Source: Pocillopora damicornis (Eukaryota). From it: a stretch of DNA of 64,000 nucleotides. The notes beneath the pieces are model-generated. The model ran no database searches. It was not told the DNA's origin and worked only from the letters and a program-made list of their open reading frames with translations. The stretch is from NCBI RefSeq assembly GCF_003704095.1, contig NW_020843862.1, forward strand, positions 1 to 64,000, given 5' to 3'. Made by a program: the position numbers and the translations under genes. This document shows, piece after piece, positions 26,426 through 39,400 of the stretch. Position 1 is the stretch's first letter. Every line of letters begins with the position of its first letter.

Positions 26426-29400
26426 TGTTGAATGAGCAGCACTTCTAACCTACACTGTATAACTTTGGCCCTTGTAAAGTACAGCTCTACATGAAAATGT
26501 TCTTGAAATATTCATCAAAATGATTCACAGTAAATTAACTCATCTACTCATAACAATGACTCAAACCTAATTTCTCTTTCAATTTCATCCCTGAATCACA
26601 TGTTAAGAACTTCTTGATTGTTAAACAAATTCTGTCTTTCAGCACCTTAGGAAATCTGTAGGGAACAGTAGGGAGAATAATTATGCATACTGATGTTGGG
26701 GTGTACAGAACACTAAAGGGTTAATGAGTACATCAATTTTGTAATTAATATTTTTCATACTTGTTTGATTTTGTAGTTGAATAACANNNNNNNNNNNNNN
26801 NNNNNNNNNNNNNNNNNNNNNNNNNNNNNNNNNNNNNNNNNNNNNNNNNNNNNNNNNNNNNNNNNNNNNNNNNNNNNNNNNNNNNNAGGGCCCAGTGCAT
26901 GGCATTGCTATGTCACCAAATGGCAAAATCATGGCATCAGGGTAAGCAAGCTGTGCTACTGATCACAAAGGGCGAGATAAAGTCTGTAGAGAGAAAAAAG
27001 GGACTTCATGTTAAACACAAAAGCCCTCTGTTTCACTGTGACCTTTAACAGGAATTATATCTGTAACAAGAGAAGCATGATCCAAAAAAACCTATCTTTT
27101 CCCTAATTCTTTGCACACTGTGTGGAGATTCAGCTTGGGTGTTTAAACATGTGAGTAGTGCAGCAAAGCTTGCCACAACATTGGTTAAATTTACTACCAA
27201 TTTGTACCAGATCTTGAAAACCTTGCACATCTTGTTACACACACAATTTTTTGAGGGCATCAGTTTCTTAAATAGTCAGAAGCTTAGGTCCATAGGCAAG
27301 GAATGTGTTTTCCCTGGTCAAACACAAACGGGGATCAAGTGTTGATTATGCTTTCTTGTTTATTTCTTTTGCAGGTCTTCAGACAAGTTAGTTATCCTTT
27401 GGGATCCAGTAAGTTAATGACAGAAAATGTGTTTGTTAATTACTTTAGATTCAACTCCCATACATACCTGATTTTTTTTTCAGGCTTTATTTTCACCACT
27501 GCATATTAAGTAGTGTTCCTAACTGCAGTGATCTCTCTCATCTTCATTTACTAATCAGCAATTCAGATTTATCATATTCATGTATTCATTCATCAAACCT
27601 TAAAACTGGCTGAACTTTTGACCAAATTTTTCATGAAGTGCTCTCACAATGACTGAAGTTGGGTTGTACATTTCTCAAAATTTTGATACTTTGTCTTTCT
27701 TTGTGAACTCATCATACTTTTAGGTTCTCTTTTGTTTTAATTCGCTTTCAAGAAAAGCAAATAATTGTAAATTTTCATGGGGTTTTTCGTGTGAAAGGAA
27801 ATATGTATTTGACTCTAGAATGAGTACCTATGGTTTGTAATGATTACCTGGGGAATTTCTTTTTAACAGTTACTGGGAGTATCATTGCTAACATTGGAGG
27901 GGCATACAAGGTATGTTTGTGGAATTAACCCTTATCACTCTTTTTGCTAGATTATATGTTAATTTTTTTGCAAACCAGGCATGTTGCTTAACCCTTTTTT
28001 CCTGGGAGTGACCAAAAGGGAATTTCTCCCCACATTGTTGATATATAATCAAGCAGAAAGGTGACAAGAAGACAGAAAAGTTTTTTTAGTTATGGAATAT
28101 TGCTGATGTAACACCAAATTTAAAAGAAAAATATAGCAGACATTGGAGAGAATTGATATTTAGATCTTGGGAATGAAAGTGATTTGCAGAAAGCACTCTT
28201 TTCAGGGTAGCACTTATTTAAAAAATTATCATATTTCTTAAAACAATCAAATTTATGCTAACATAGAGAAGCACAAATTTATAGAGAAGACAAATTTACT
28301 TCACCCTTTAACTCCCAGAAGTGATCAACATGAAACTTATCCCGATAATATCCTTACATTATTCTGCAAACAGCTAATGAGAATACTCAAACTTATTAGG
28401 TAGAAGTTGTTGTCTTGATCTACCAGTAACCCCAAATTCTCATACTAATTTACAAGGATATGTCTAGCAGCTAGAGGGGAGAATTATCAATCAGATCTTG
28501 GGAGTTAAAGATCTCATATTGTCTGTTACTAATGAAAAAAGGTATTGAGACCTCTGTGGTGAAGACTCATATTTATCTTCTTTATTTAGGTATGTAAATT
28601 GTTGTGCATTTTCTTTGGATGGGAACTGGATGGCAACAGGATCAAATGACAGAACGGTGAAGCTGTGGAAAATTTGTTTAACTGAGAGTGGTACGTTCAG
28701 ACACATATAAAATTTTATAAGCTGTTAGTTATTTCATATTTATCATTGAGATGGTTTTTTTCCTTTACATTAAAAAAGGGGTCACCTTTTGACCTGCAAA
28801 TAACTGCATACAAATTATAGTCTGTTCATGCACAGTGTTGTAGAGCTGCATTTTAGGCCACACGACATCCTTTTCATGTGTGACTGCAATCACCCATGAA
28901 ATATTTCCCTTCCAAGCTGAATTTTTTTTTGGTGTGCTTGCCTTGCATTTATCAAAGTAGTAATGTGCTGCACTCCAAACCAAACAGGTGAACTGGACCA
29001 GTCAGGCAGATCAACAACAAAGCCAATTCTTCAGAGTACACCAGTGAAGAAACAGGAGCCTCAGGTATGGTTTGTTGATTGATCATCACAGATTAAATTA
29101 GAAAGCCACCTTTTAAACATTGTGGTTTCATGAACTTAGGCAGGGAAGTCAGACACTCTAGCAGTTCTAGCTTTTCTGATAATTGTTGATTTTACCGTTT
29201 CTTGCCTTTGGGATGATTCTGTCATAAGAATGTGGCATTGTTTAATGAAAAATTTTCTTACTGAAGGTAGCTGTGTATTTTTATGAAAGTTTGACTGTGT
29301 TTGCCTTTGGTTCATACTCAGGAACCCAAGAAACAAAGGAAGAAACTTGTGACATGGAGTATTGATGATGTCTGTAGCTGGCTTATTTCACTGGATCTTG

Positions 29401-30195
29401 ATATTTACTGTGAATCATTCCGTCAGAATGCCATTGATGGAATGGAGCTGTCCAATATGACCAGTGAAGTGTTGGCATCAGACCTTGGTATTGGTGAGTG
29501 GAGTGATAAGAGGGCCAGTTGGAATGATATGCAGAATTACTTTCCTTTCTTAAACCTTTCACTCCCAAGGTTTTATTATGGAAGTCTTGGTCGTACTGTC
29601 CACTGTGACTTTCTGAAGTTACATTGATCAACAAAAGTGTTGGACAGTGGCCACCGTTCTTCTACTGATTTGAATTCTTGTTGATCCAAGGGATATTTTA
29701 AAATTATTTTCCTTGATATTAGCGTGATGAAGGTAATCCGTTCTCACCAAAGCCCTATGACTGACTGCTTTTACCCTTCAATCTTCTAGAGGTGATTGAC
29801 AGCCGCCATCTTCTCACACTTGAAATCTGTTTACCCGCAAACTGATGATACAATATTTCAACATGTTATCTAGATCTAAAACCGAATTCTCCTATAAACC
29901 AAGTTTTCAAGATTGTGTCACAACCATTAGGGAGAATTAGAGGCGTGAATTTAGGACTTAGAAGGTTAAAGAACAAACTGGATGAAGTTTACAAAGCACA
30001 TCTTTTATCCCAATTTATAGTTGAAAAAATCAGAAGACCAACTTATCGAATCATTTTCAGGTCCAGCTGGTCATCGAAATAAAATTTTGCGAACAGTTAA
30101 GGAAATTAAGAAGGAGGAACTAGAGGAAGATATACCTGATGAATTTCTGTGTCCCATAACAAGAGAAATCATGACTGATCCTGTCATTGCCGCAG
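23906..30195 (+). CDS. WDSUB1: WD repeat, SAM and U-box domain-containing protein 1 (incomplete: internal segment and last U-box exon not visible, probably in N gaps)
   Basis: Exons: 23906-24500 (WD40 repeats, ends at gtaagt); partial exon emerging from the gap at 26887-26941 (GPVHGIAMSPNGKIMASG); 27375-27408 (SSDKLVILWDP); 27870-27910 (LLGVSLLTLEGHTR); 28590-28690 (YVNCCAFSLDGNWMATGSNDRTVKLW); 28988-29064 (linker); 29322-29493 (SAM: WSIDDVCSWLISLDLDIYCESFRQNAIDGMEL...DLGI); 30061-30195 (GPAGHRNKIL and U-box start IPDEFLCPITREIMTDPVIAA). Phases are consistent from 26887 onward. The WD40+SAM+U-box order is diagnostic. Confidence 0.94.
26074..26165 (+). repeat. 46-bp tandem duplication
   Basis: tgatgttccaactatcttgatgaatttaag occurs at 26075 and 26121. 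Confidence 0.92.
26361..26425. repeat. (TTTA)n microsatellite
   Basis: Directly visible. Confidence 0.95.
26535..26724 (+). mobile_element. piggyBac-type MITE (family A, internally deleted), WDSUB1 intron
   Basis: ttaactc...cttgattgttaaacaaattct...cagcaccttaggaaat...tgcatactgatgttggggtg...aaagggttaa. Confidence 0.72.
26787..26886. other. Assembly gap (100 N) interrupting WDSUB1
   Basis: Run of N; coding sequence resumes mid-exon at 26887. Confidence 1.
27988..28183 (+). mobile_element. piggyBac-type MITE (family B-like), WDSUB1 intron
   Basis: Starts ttaacccttt...agtgacca...aatttctcc and ends gagaattgatatttagatcttgggaatgaaag, similar to the 28300 copy. Confidence 0.6.
28300..28510 (+). mobile_element. 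piggyBac-type MITE (family B), WDSUB1 intron
   Basis: Terminal inverted repeat ctttaactccca...tgggagttaaag; about 210 bp. Confidence 0.7.
29770..29968 (+). mobile_element. Diverged piggyBac-type MITE (family B-like), WDSUB1 intron
   Basis: tttacccttc...ggtgattgaca...tagatctaaaaccgaattctc...gggagaatt...gaaggttaa. Confidence 0.5.
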
Positions 30196-30463
30196 GTTGG
30201 CACAGTTTCTGGTTTTTAATTACGTTTTCTTCTTAGTTGGAAACGTGGTAGCCCCGTGGTTATGTAACTTGTTTCTGGATGTAAGGACAAGGGTTTGAAC
30301 CTTGGCCGGGTTACTTAGCTTTTTTCAGAGGGTGGGTTGGGCAAACCGTTAGGGAAATTTGATGAAATGTGAGAGGGGGGAGCTCTCTTTCTGATGGTGG
30401 AGATCAATATTAAGTGATTTCTGAAATATAGTTCCGAGTGAACTGGCTAAAACGTTTTTTTTT

Positions 30464-30563
30464 NNNNNNNNNNNNNNNNNNNNNNNNNNNNNNNNNNNNN
30501 NNNNNNNNNNNNNNNNNNNNNNNNNNNNNNNNNNNNNNNNNNNNNNNNNNNNNNNNNNNNNNN
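30464..30563. other. Assembly gap (100 N), probably hiding the WDSUB1 terminal exon
   Basis: Run of N downstream of the last visible U-box exon. Confidence 1.
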
Positions 30564-31647
30564 TTGGTGCCGTTGTTGAAATGTTTCGTTTTGAAATACG
30601 CAGTTGTTGACAATATTTTTTTGTGCGAAACATTACTTTGTTTTTGAGTCATGAAGTCTGTGAGAATGAGCAACCACCATCAGGAAAAAAAATGCCGCGC
30701 TTGAGTCAAGTATGTTGGTAAAGGAGGAGGAGGAGGAATTTGCCATTGTTTAATTACCTATATCAACTTTGTATCGAAACACGGTCAGTTTGGCCACTCT
30801 TGATTTCATCAAAATATATAATCTACAACCTGGCGATGCGGCAGTTCGACTTACACTGGGGCCCCGTTAACTTGAATTTGGTCGACGCGAAGCCTCTTTG
30901 TAACTCGAACAAGATCCGATTTCCCTTGACCCATTTTTTCAGTCATTTTTCCTTAACAAACTCGAACCCCACTAGCTTGAACCTTTTTTCGCTTTCCTTT
31001 GAAGGACTAGTTTGCAGGGTTCTACTGTATCGCGTTTGGTGTTTTTTTCCCGTTTTTGTTGCCGTTATTTTAAGCATTGCGCCACTGTTATATCGGTTGT
31101 CTCTATTTATGTTCCACCTTCAACTGGTTAACTTTCGGTTTCTAAATTACCAAAATAAACAAGTAGTGCATCACCAAATTCTTTAGCTTTTTGCATTCAG
31201 TTCGTCATGACCAATTTCCATAAATCTCGGATCATGTCATGAGGTGCACAAATGTTTCATCGATTTTTAAACTCGATTAAAAATGACTGTGCTAGGAGGT
31301 AAAAAGTTGAAGAGGAATGAATTAAAACTTTGAATCTTCTGACCAGTATCTAATTTCTCCTTACATTATCACTCTGAATCAAACACAGAGGTCTTGTGGG
31401 TAATTTGTGTGTAAATTTTTGATAGGTTGGTTTCGCACGGATATGAAAGTTGTAACTTTCACAAAGTATCATCACTGCTTGACTCCAGCCTAGATAAAGT
31501 ACTGCGAGAAGTTTTTTTATTTATATATATATTGAATGAGCAGCAGTTTCTTATGGCCAACATTGCTTGATTTTGGCCCTTGTAAAGTACAGCTCTTCAT
31601 GAAAATGTTCTCTAATTATTTATTAAAAATTATCAGTCACAGTGACT

Positions 31648-32051
31648 CAACTCTGTTACTCCTGACAGTGACTCGCATCTACTTTCTCCTTACAAAAACA
31701 TCCCTGAATCACACATTAACCCTTATGAGTGACCAACATTTAATTTCTCCTCACAACATCACCCCTGAATCACACATTAAGGTCATGAGAATAAAGGAGA
31801 TGATCACCAACTTAAGAAGCTCTTGATTGTCATACAAATTCTCCTTGTCAGAACCCTAGGAAATGTCTAGGGAGTAGTATGGAGAATATGCATACTGATG
31901 TTGGGGAGTTAAGTGTTAAGGTCACGGGAGTAAAGGAAATGATCACCAACTCAGAGAAGCTCTTGATTGTTAAACAGATTCTCCTTGTCGGTGCCTCAAG
32001 AAATGTATGCAGATCAGTATGGAGAATATGCATGCTGATGTAAAGGATTAA
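31648..32051 (+). mobile_element. Tandem cluster of partial and complete family A MITEs
   Basis: A partial 5' piece (about 31648-31715), a near-complete copy (31716-31918) and a repeated 3' half (about 31916-32051). gatcaccaact...agaagctcttgattgt and agtatggagaatatgcat each occur twice. Confidence 0.8.
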
Positions 32052-33479
32052 GAAAATTGTAATTTGTGGTAATCCTAGTTAGCATAAATTAATATTTTGT
32101 CGGCGCGTATCAGAGGACTAGGGGCGGATGCGAGGTGCGCGGAGGGTTATGGGATTGTGGTGTGTGAGTAGAGGTCGTTAGTAGGGCAAGGCATTCTACG
32201 GTCAGTCTTCAACGTGTTTAGTTGTTCGTTTTCGTTTTTGTATAGATTTTGAGCTGTACTTGCATACTACCTTGAGTAACTGTGTATAATATGTCATTCA
32301 CAGGATACCCTGAAACCTCAAGGGTGGCACCGCTGCCTTGGTTGGGGGTAAACGTACCCCGTTTTTTCCACCTGCTGGTTTTAAGGGGTTTTCATGTCCG
32401 GCTTTGGTGCATTTAGTTTACTTCAATCGTAAGACTTCTGTAAGCATATCGATTTGGCGTTAAATAAACGATGGCTTTGCTGACCAACGCGCTCAGATAT
32501 CAACTCTTTGTGTGCCCGGTTGAGTAGTGGAGGCAAAGCTAGAAAAGGTTAATCATAAGTTCATCATGAAAATGTTTATTTATACGTGTAAATTTCTATA
32601 AGGAAATACACCTGCAAAAACACCCGTTGTAAATCTCATCTACTCAAGTTTAAAGACTTGTTTTTGAAATCATCCATTCTTAGTGTACAGCCATTGCTCG
32701 TGTGAATCACATGCCATTGCAATACTACTTAATGTATTAAACTATAAGTCGATTCTTAAGTTATGCATACAGTTCAAAAAAGCACTGAATTTGTCTATGT
32801 CCCTTGAATGCCGAGTTTTTTTTTTAACAACCCTTTGTTTGTTTTTTCCTTAAACACAGCAAGTATTCATTGAAAGTTTGAATCAAAAACGTTATAACCA
32901 CAATCTCTTTACTGATATATGCTCCAATTAAAGACAAATCCCTTAAAAGCTATTGGCGCTTATTTACAAAACTAGATTTTTTTAACTACCTCATATTTCT
33001 TTGTCTAAAACTTAAAACTGGATTTTGTACCACTATGAAGCCGTTTTCCTTCATGTTCATTACACACCACACAAAGCGTTAAGTACAGTTAAAACAAAAA
33101 AAAATGAATGATTCAATCTTAGGATATTACACGCCCATTCAAATGTCAAACCTGCTCATAAATACATCTTTTTAGTGTATTTCTTTTTTAAGAGCTGATT
33201 AAAATTACGATAATCGCCAAACGGTATTCGTATCTTAATTTAATCATTCCTCATCTAACTTTCATATAACGCGCTCGTAAAGTCCTGCTTTCAGACCCCT
33301 GATCAACAACGGTCCTCAGAGCGCCTTTCATCTTAATCTTGAATAATATTAATATAATATTAATCAGTGCCTTCCAGCCTAATCTTGAATAATATTAATC
33401 CTATTAATCGCAATCAGATACTGTGTCAGATTGCACTGATAAGTCGGTTTCTTTTCAAACGTCTTGTATAACACGCGCA

Positions 33480-36400
33480 TCAGAGCGACGTTACTGTTCT
33501 ATACTGTCCATTGATCTCTTGTGATTTCTGGCCATTGAGTCTTTGACTGCTGTCTCTTCGTTTTGGAGGATCTGGTTTTGTTGGATGACCACTGTTCGTG
33601 TGCACTCCACTGGTGTTCTTTGGCTCATCTTGCTTAGGAGGCTCTATCACCCAATGGATAACATTTTTAGCATCCTTCTTTCGCTTTGCCTCCTCATCAG
33701 TCGCCATCAATCTACTCAGAAGTCGCTCCTCTGCGATCTTTAATCGTTCGTTTTGATTCTCGTCATATGACAATCTCTTTGTCATTCCTTTGTACGGCGG
33801 GCTTCGCGGATTGCCAACGGTCAAATGGTCGGAATCGCCGGAACTTTCCGAGCATGAATCGGAAAAAGGCAGCGAAGTGTCCGATGATTTATCGGAACCG
33901 GCCCGATGTCTGTCAAAATCTGAGCGGTGGAAATTGGTTGGCAAAGTGTAAAAATGCCTTTCCCTAAATTCGCCTTCGGAAGTTTTTATTGCGGCAATGT
34001 CGGACTGTGATCGTGGCCTTATTTCGGCAATCTCTGGTTTTCGTAACGTGTCGCTTCGATACGAATCACGTTTCTGGTATTCGGGTCTTTTCGGGACATC
34101 CGTGGCTGAGCGCCGTCTGGGTAGGTCTGGAACTGTTAGTCTGGAAAGAGTGGATGTGACGTCATCAGTAGAGGACCTTATTGATGACGGAGGAGAATCA
34201 TCACTTTTTAATGACGAGACTGTGGATTAAACAAACGTAAACATCAAAATTATTTTCTTCGTTAAAAACTAAATTCACGCAATAACATTAGAAGTACTGT
34301 ACAGAATTTTCCTATCTCCTAGACACTGTTTTAGCACTGAAACCCGTGAGAGTGACCAGAATCTCATTTCTGATTACAATATCGACACTGCGTCAAACAT
34401 TAAGGTCATGAGATTAAATGGTACGACCACCAACTAAAGAACTTCTTGATTGATAAACACATTTTCCTTTTCGGTACAGAAGGAATTGAACTGAGAACAG
34501 AGTGGAATATATGCATACCGATGCTGGGGTGTAAAGGGGTAAGACCTACAAAAGGAATGGGACCAATCATGAAAACATGAAAAAACATTATCACGGCCAC
34601 TGACATTGAAGACACTGAATAATAGGAAAAGTTTGCTATGATTCATTCCGCGATGTGATTGCTTTCTTTGACTTTTTTAATCATTCCCTGACACAAGAGA
34701 CATTTTGTTCATGAAAATGAACTATCGCAGCATGGCAGAGTAAATTTCATTTTCCGTGAGGAATTTTGTGTCTAATGAAAGTGCGTTTCGTTCAGTAACG
34801 GAAGCAGGAAAACACGACGAAAGAATGAGATTGAAGAGCGGTGAAATGCGCTTCCTATTTACTCTTTACCACACAGGTCATGTGTGACAGTGTATCCGTA
34901 AACAAACTATGGTAAGCATTGTCTTAACACCTGCTCAATGGACAAAACTTTCAAGAATATTATTTCAATTGTTCCATAAACACGCGGTTACAAGCACAAC
35001 GAAAACCAAAACACTCTCATGACACTCTTATGAGGAGACATCTCTACTTGATCAAATCTCTGCGTTCTAAAAATTCCACTAAAGTTCTCTGTCTCTCCTA
35101 CATTCCCGAAGAATCTTGAAGTTACCATGGACACCTTTTAAACCCCCCCATAAGAGCCCATCAACGGTAGCATAAACCCTGGCAATTGAGCAGAAACTTA
35201 TCTATATCTACAGCTGTCATTTGACCCCCTACTGAACGGCCGACAATTCGATTCCAGTTAGATAGCGGTTTATCGTTCTCGCGATAATTTTATTATCATA
35301 ACATCAGAAATGTGTGTTTTAGCTATCAAGCAATATCTTGTGAAAATATTCCTCGAACAAAAATATGCATAGCTCTTGTTCTGTTATCTTCAAAACATAA
35401 TATGGGAGCCAGAAATCAATACTATCGTCAACGATCGATCACCTAACATCGACATAGAGGTCACGAAACTTACTTGTACTTCGTCCCAATGGACTCGAAG
35501 CTCTTTCAACGCTTTTCCAAAACTGGTCTGAGAGATTTTCCAGTGATTTATGATAATTCTGCACGGTCCTGTTCCTCTGCTTGAAATCTTTGACGTCTGT
35601 ATTTTCTGTTGGCGTAATAAAAGTGATATTAAGCTTTTGTAAACACGTCATGAATGAAACGGTTCGTGAATATTGTTTGGAGCAGTTGGTAAAAGTTATA
35701 TTTATAAATTTTGCACGTCTCGCAATAAATTGCGTTTGCTGCTCAGGAACAGTCTTTTGAAACATGAAAAACTAAGTCCCAAACAGAAGTTGTAACCGTA
35801 TACATTCGCTTTGAAGTTGATACAGTAACCGGCTATCAGAATAGATCATTGAAATTCGTACTTCTTGATTTAAACTTTATTACTCTACATATGAATAATC
35901 CGAGCCAGCAAAGTAATCCATTGGAAACAAGACACGTTAGCTCTCTACTGAGTCAAACTGACGTATCTTTACAATCTGACTTGAAGAACTGTGTCCTTGA
36001 AAAGAAAAAAAAACACAGCGCATACTGAGGCTTCGAACGTGATGGAATATAAACTATGCGAGAAGGAAATATAAAAACACGATATTCGGAGTTGAAGGCT
36101 CTTGTTAGGAAGATTTTAGTAGTTGATTTCTCGGAATACTGAGTGAGATCCAAAGTGTTTTGCTTTTTTTTTTAAACGATCTAAGCAGTCACGCTACTTG
36201 TGTAAGTCGCAGAGTTTCACTCACAAATATTCAGTCCCCGGAAAGAGATCGAATCAGAGTACACGAAAACGGATTAAGACTGTTGAATGAAACAGGATTT
36301 ATGGTGTTATCTCCATTGGGACTCAGTCAAGTCTTCTTATTTCGTTTAAAACCATAAAACCGTCAGCTTTCGATCTCCACGAGACCACAAGATCACTAGG

Positions 36401-39400
36401 AAGTAGTTTTAAACAATAAGATAAAAGGCGAGGTTTCTTTGTGGTACTGATAAGATCCACTGTCTTAAAATTCCGTCAGGCAATCCATGTAAATTCAATC
36501 GCTAAAGAATGGAGTTAGTAGCGGAATAGTTTAATAGCGCGTATTACTGAACCGAAAGAAGATCAATCAGTTGACTGACAAAACTCACCCGTAGCGTGAG
36601 GGTCATATCTGTATAGAGACCTGAAGTAGTTATCTGTAGTAAAGAAAACACAACAACATTAATGCTTTCAATATATAGCACAACATTACAATACATAGAG
36701 GTAGTAATTTCGTGTGTAAAATCACTTCACAAACTCAGCAAAGAATAACCTTGAATAACTCTAGCTCTGACAACGGAAGGCTTCGCAACAAACGTGTTAC
36801 CCTTCTCGGGAAACTTCGGTTTGACTCTCTTAAACTTCAACATAATTCAACCTTAGTTGCTTCTATCACCATCATTTAACGTTAACAATGTCTGTTTGTC
36901 GCTTTTGAACCGCTGCAACACTACTACAAACACATCAGGTTTCCTTTCGCCATTTTAGTATATCACCATAAACGATTCCACAACCAGTTTCCGTTCGCTC
37001 GTACGTGGTGACAAACTGTTTCGCGGATTGTCTCACAGCCAGAGAACAACTTGATCGCAATACTGCAACAATGAGATGCAATTGACTAGTGAACCGAAGC
37101 AATCTTCCTAATCCAGCGCGCGATTTCAGAATTTTGCATAGAAGTGTAAAGACGTGATATCAATCGACCGTGGGCGTGTACGATAAGTAATTTGTTGCCC
37201 TAGGAAGTCACATAAACTGTCGGTGTGCGAATTTGATTTATCCACTGCCGTTCTTTGGTAGTTAAAATACACCCGACATTCCGTAATACAGATGTAACAA
37301 TAAGTCGCCTCGTCATAGCCAACACCAATATTAATGGGCTTTTGACTACGCTAAACAAATTACATCTAATTATGCCTAATTATGCGGTTTGCTCCTTTTA
37401 AAGCAATCAAAAGGCACGGTTCGTTTACATTCCTGAGGCTAAGGACGGAAGTTTTTTAGGTTATTAGCACGGGGTCTTAAAATGTCAAACTGATAAATGT
37501 TTTTGTTGTTCTTTGCTTCTATTTCTTGTAAGGGAGTTTGTTTTTGAATTTCTACACAGCTTCTTGGCTTGTTAAACCGTGGGAATAACTGAAGCCACAA
37601 ACAGCGCATTGTTTATTCAACAGTAGGATGCTGTTTGAGTTCGTCCTTCAACTCGTCAGTCACGAGAGGCCCCCTCAAAAGCTAAGGGATAGCGGTAGAC
37701 AGGGAGGGAGTTCTGAACTTGGACAAACTTCTTCCCACAGAAGAAACGCCTTTCCGTTTCGATACCGAGACAGGAATGGCTTAACTGGTGCGTTTGCTAA
37801 AACAACTAGGCTAAAACCTTTTTTTATCATACAAACAATAGATCCTGTTGTTTTTTTCGTTTCCTTATTGTTCTGGCGCTTTCTTTCTTTGCGGTTTCGG
37901 GTTTGCCGCCTTTTCATTGACGACCGTATGCAGAACAAAAATAGCAAAAAGCAATTTCCTGCCATAAATAATATCGATAGGCTTCAATTTCTCGGAATAA
38001 TGCCTAAAAATAAACCAATACCCCCTAAACTTTTGTGTTAACAGTAAAAGGATATAGTTTGTTGAACTTTGATATAAAGCTTTGGCGAAAAAATTAGGCA
38101 CACGCTCTTAAAATTGAATGAATCAACGCAATCAAAAATGCCGCTTTTTTTTTAGCAAGGAGCGAATTGTCGTGAATTTGAAGGATTAAATTAAGCCCGA
38201 AGAAAATCGGATTTAGCCATCAAGTTTAACTGGTAAAATATTGTAGATTCAGTAAAGTTACACACAAAATTTTTATCCGCTTGCGTCAACATATATTACG
38301 TAAGTTTGGTATCAAAACTCGTTTTACCTGTTCTGAAGCCACGAGCAGGCAAGGTGGCCGCGCGTTCCTTGTGTATCTCACTGAGGTCTGGGTGTGAGAG
38401 CGAACTCTGATCCTTGCTGAGGTTCCCGGATGAGAGAGTGTTGCTTGACACGCTTAAGGATTCCTCAGAACCAGAGCTACCAGCGTGGAATGAACTGGCA
38501 CGTGACTTGGGGTCTTGTGGAAGCTCTACATTAAAATGGAGGAGTTTGAGTTCTAGTAAAGTTACAATTAGTAATTCATATGAGCGGAATAGTTATTTTT
38601 TTTTATAAAATTTCCGCTTGTCTCTTTTTTTCTTAATTTGCATGAACCATGTCCGTGGATCAACAAGTCAAGAGCTCTTGAAGGCTACTTACATTTGTTA
38701 CTTGTGACAAAAATTAATTAGAGTACAGCTCACGATCATTGCTAAATTACAATAGAGAATTTCTGGCAACGAAGCCACAAAAAGCAAAATTTCAGAACTG
38801 TTAAACCATGTGCGCATGCAACTATGAACATACAGCGTGTGCTTAATTAGAAATTTAACGTTCAAAGTTCAGAATCTGTTCTCTACGAAATCTTGTCGTG
38901 GGCGTCTTTAGTGGACCATAGATTATAGGCTTGAGCGGTTTTTTCTGCAAGGCATCTTTAACTGCACGAAAACCGTTTCATTTGCTAAAAAATCGTTTTC
39001 AATTCTTCCGATCCCTAGAACTAGATGTCGACTCTCCCGTCTCTCTGTTCAATGTTTCTTGTAGTTTTAGCTCTGGAAAGCCGCTGTTTAATCAGACAAT
39101 TTCCGTGGTTTACATTCTTCTTTATTTGTGTCAACTGTCTGCCTTACAATGTACTAATATTGAAGGGAAGACATTTCTTTTCAGTCACCCTTGGGAGTGA
39201 CGAGTATGATATATATTATGTTTACTGAGTTAAAAAAATCGTTTGGAGAAATATGCTTGCGTTGTAGCACGCTTCTAAAATTGCCCTCTCTTGAGTAACT
39301 AGTGACCCGCTGTGAATTTCCTCGAACCATGACACGAACGTGCTGCAACTTCTGCATTTAACAAAAACTCTGTTGGTGAAAAAACTACAAACTATTTAAC

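Noticed and set aside
32304-32420. Candidate WDSUB1 terminal exon after cattcacag
   Set aside because: The in-phase translation (GYPETSRVAPLPWLG...) has no U-box residues, and the region looks repeat-derived.
36589-36633. SH3 domain start (YFRSLYRYDP)
   Set aside because: The next in-phase exon lacks the ELSF, WW and GxxPxNY elements, so the resemblance covers only a few residues.
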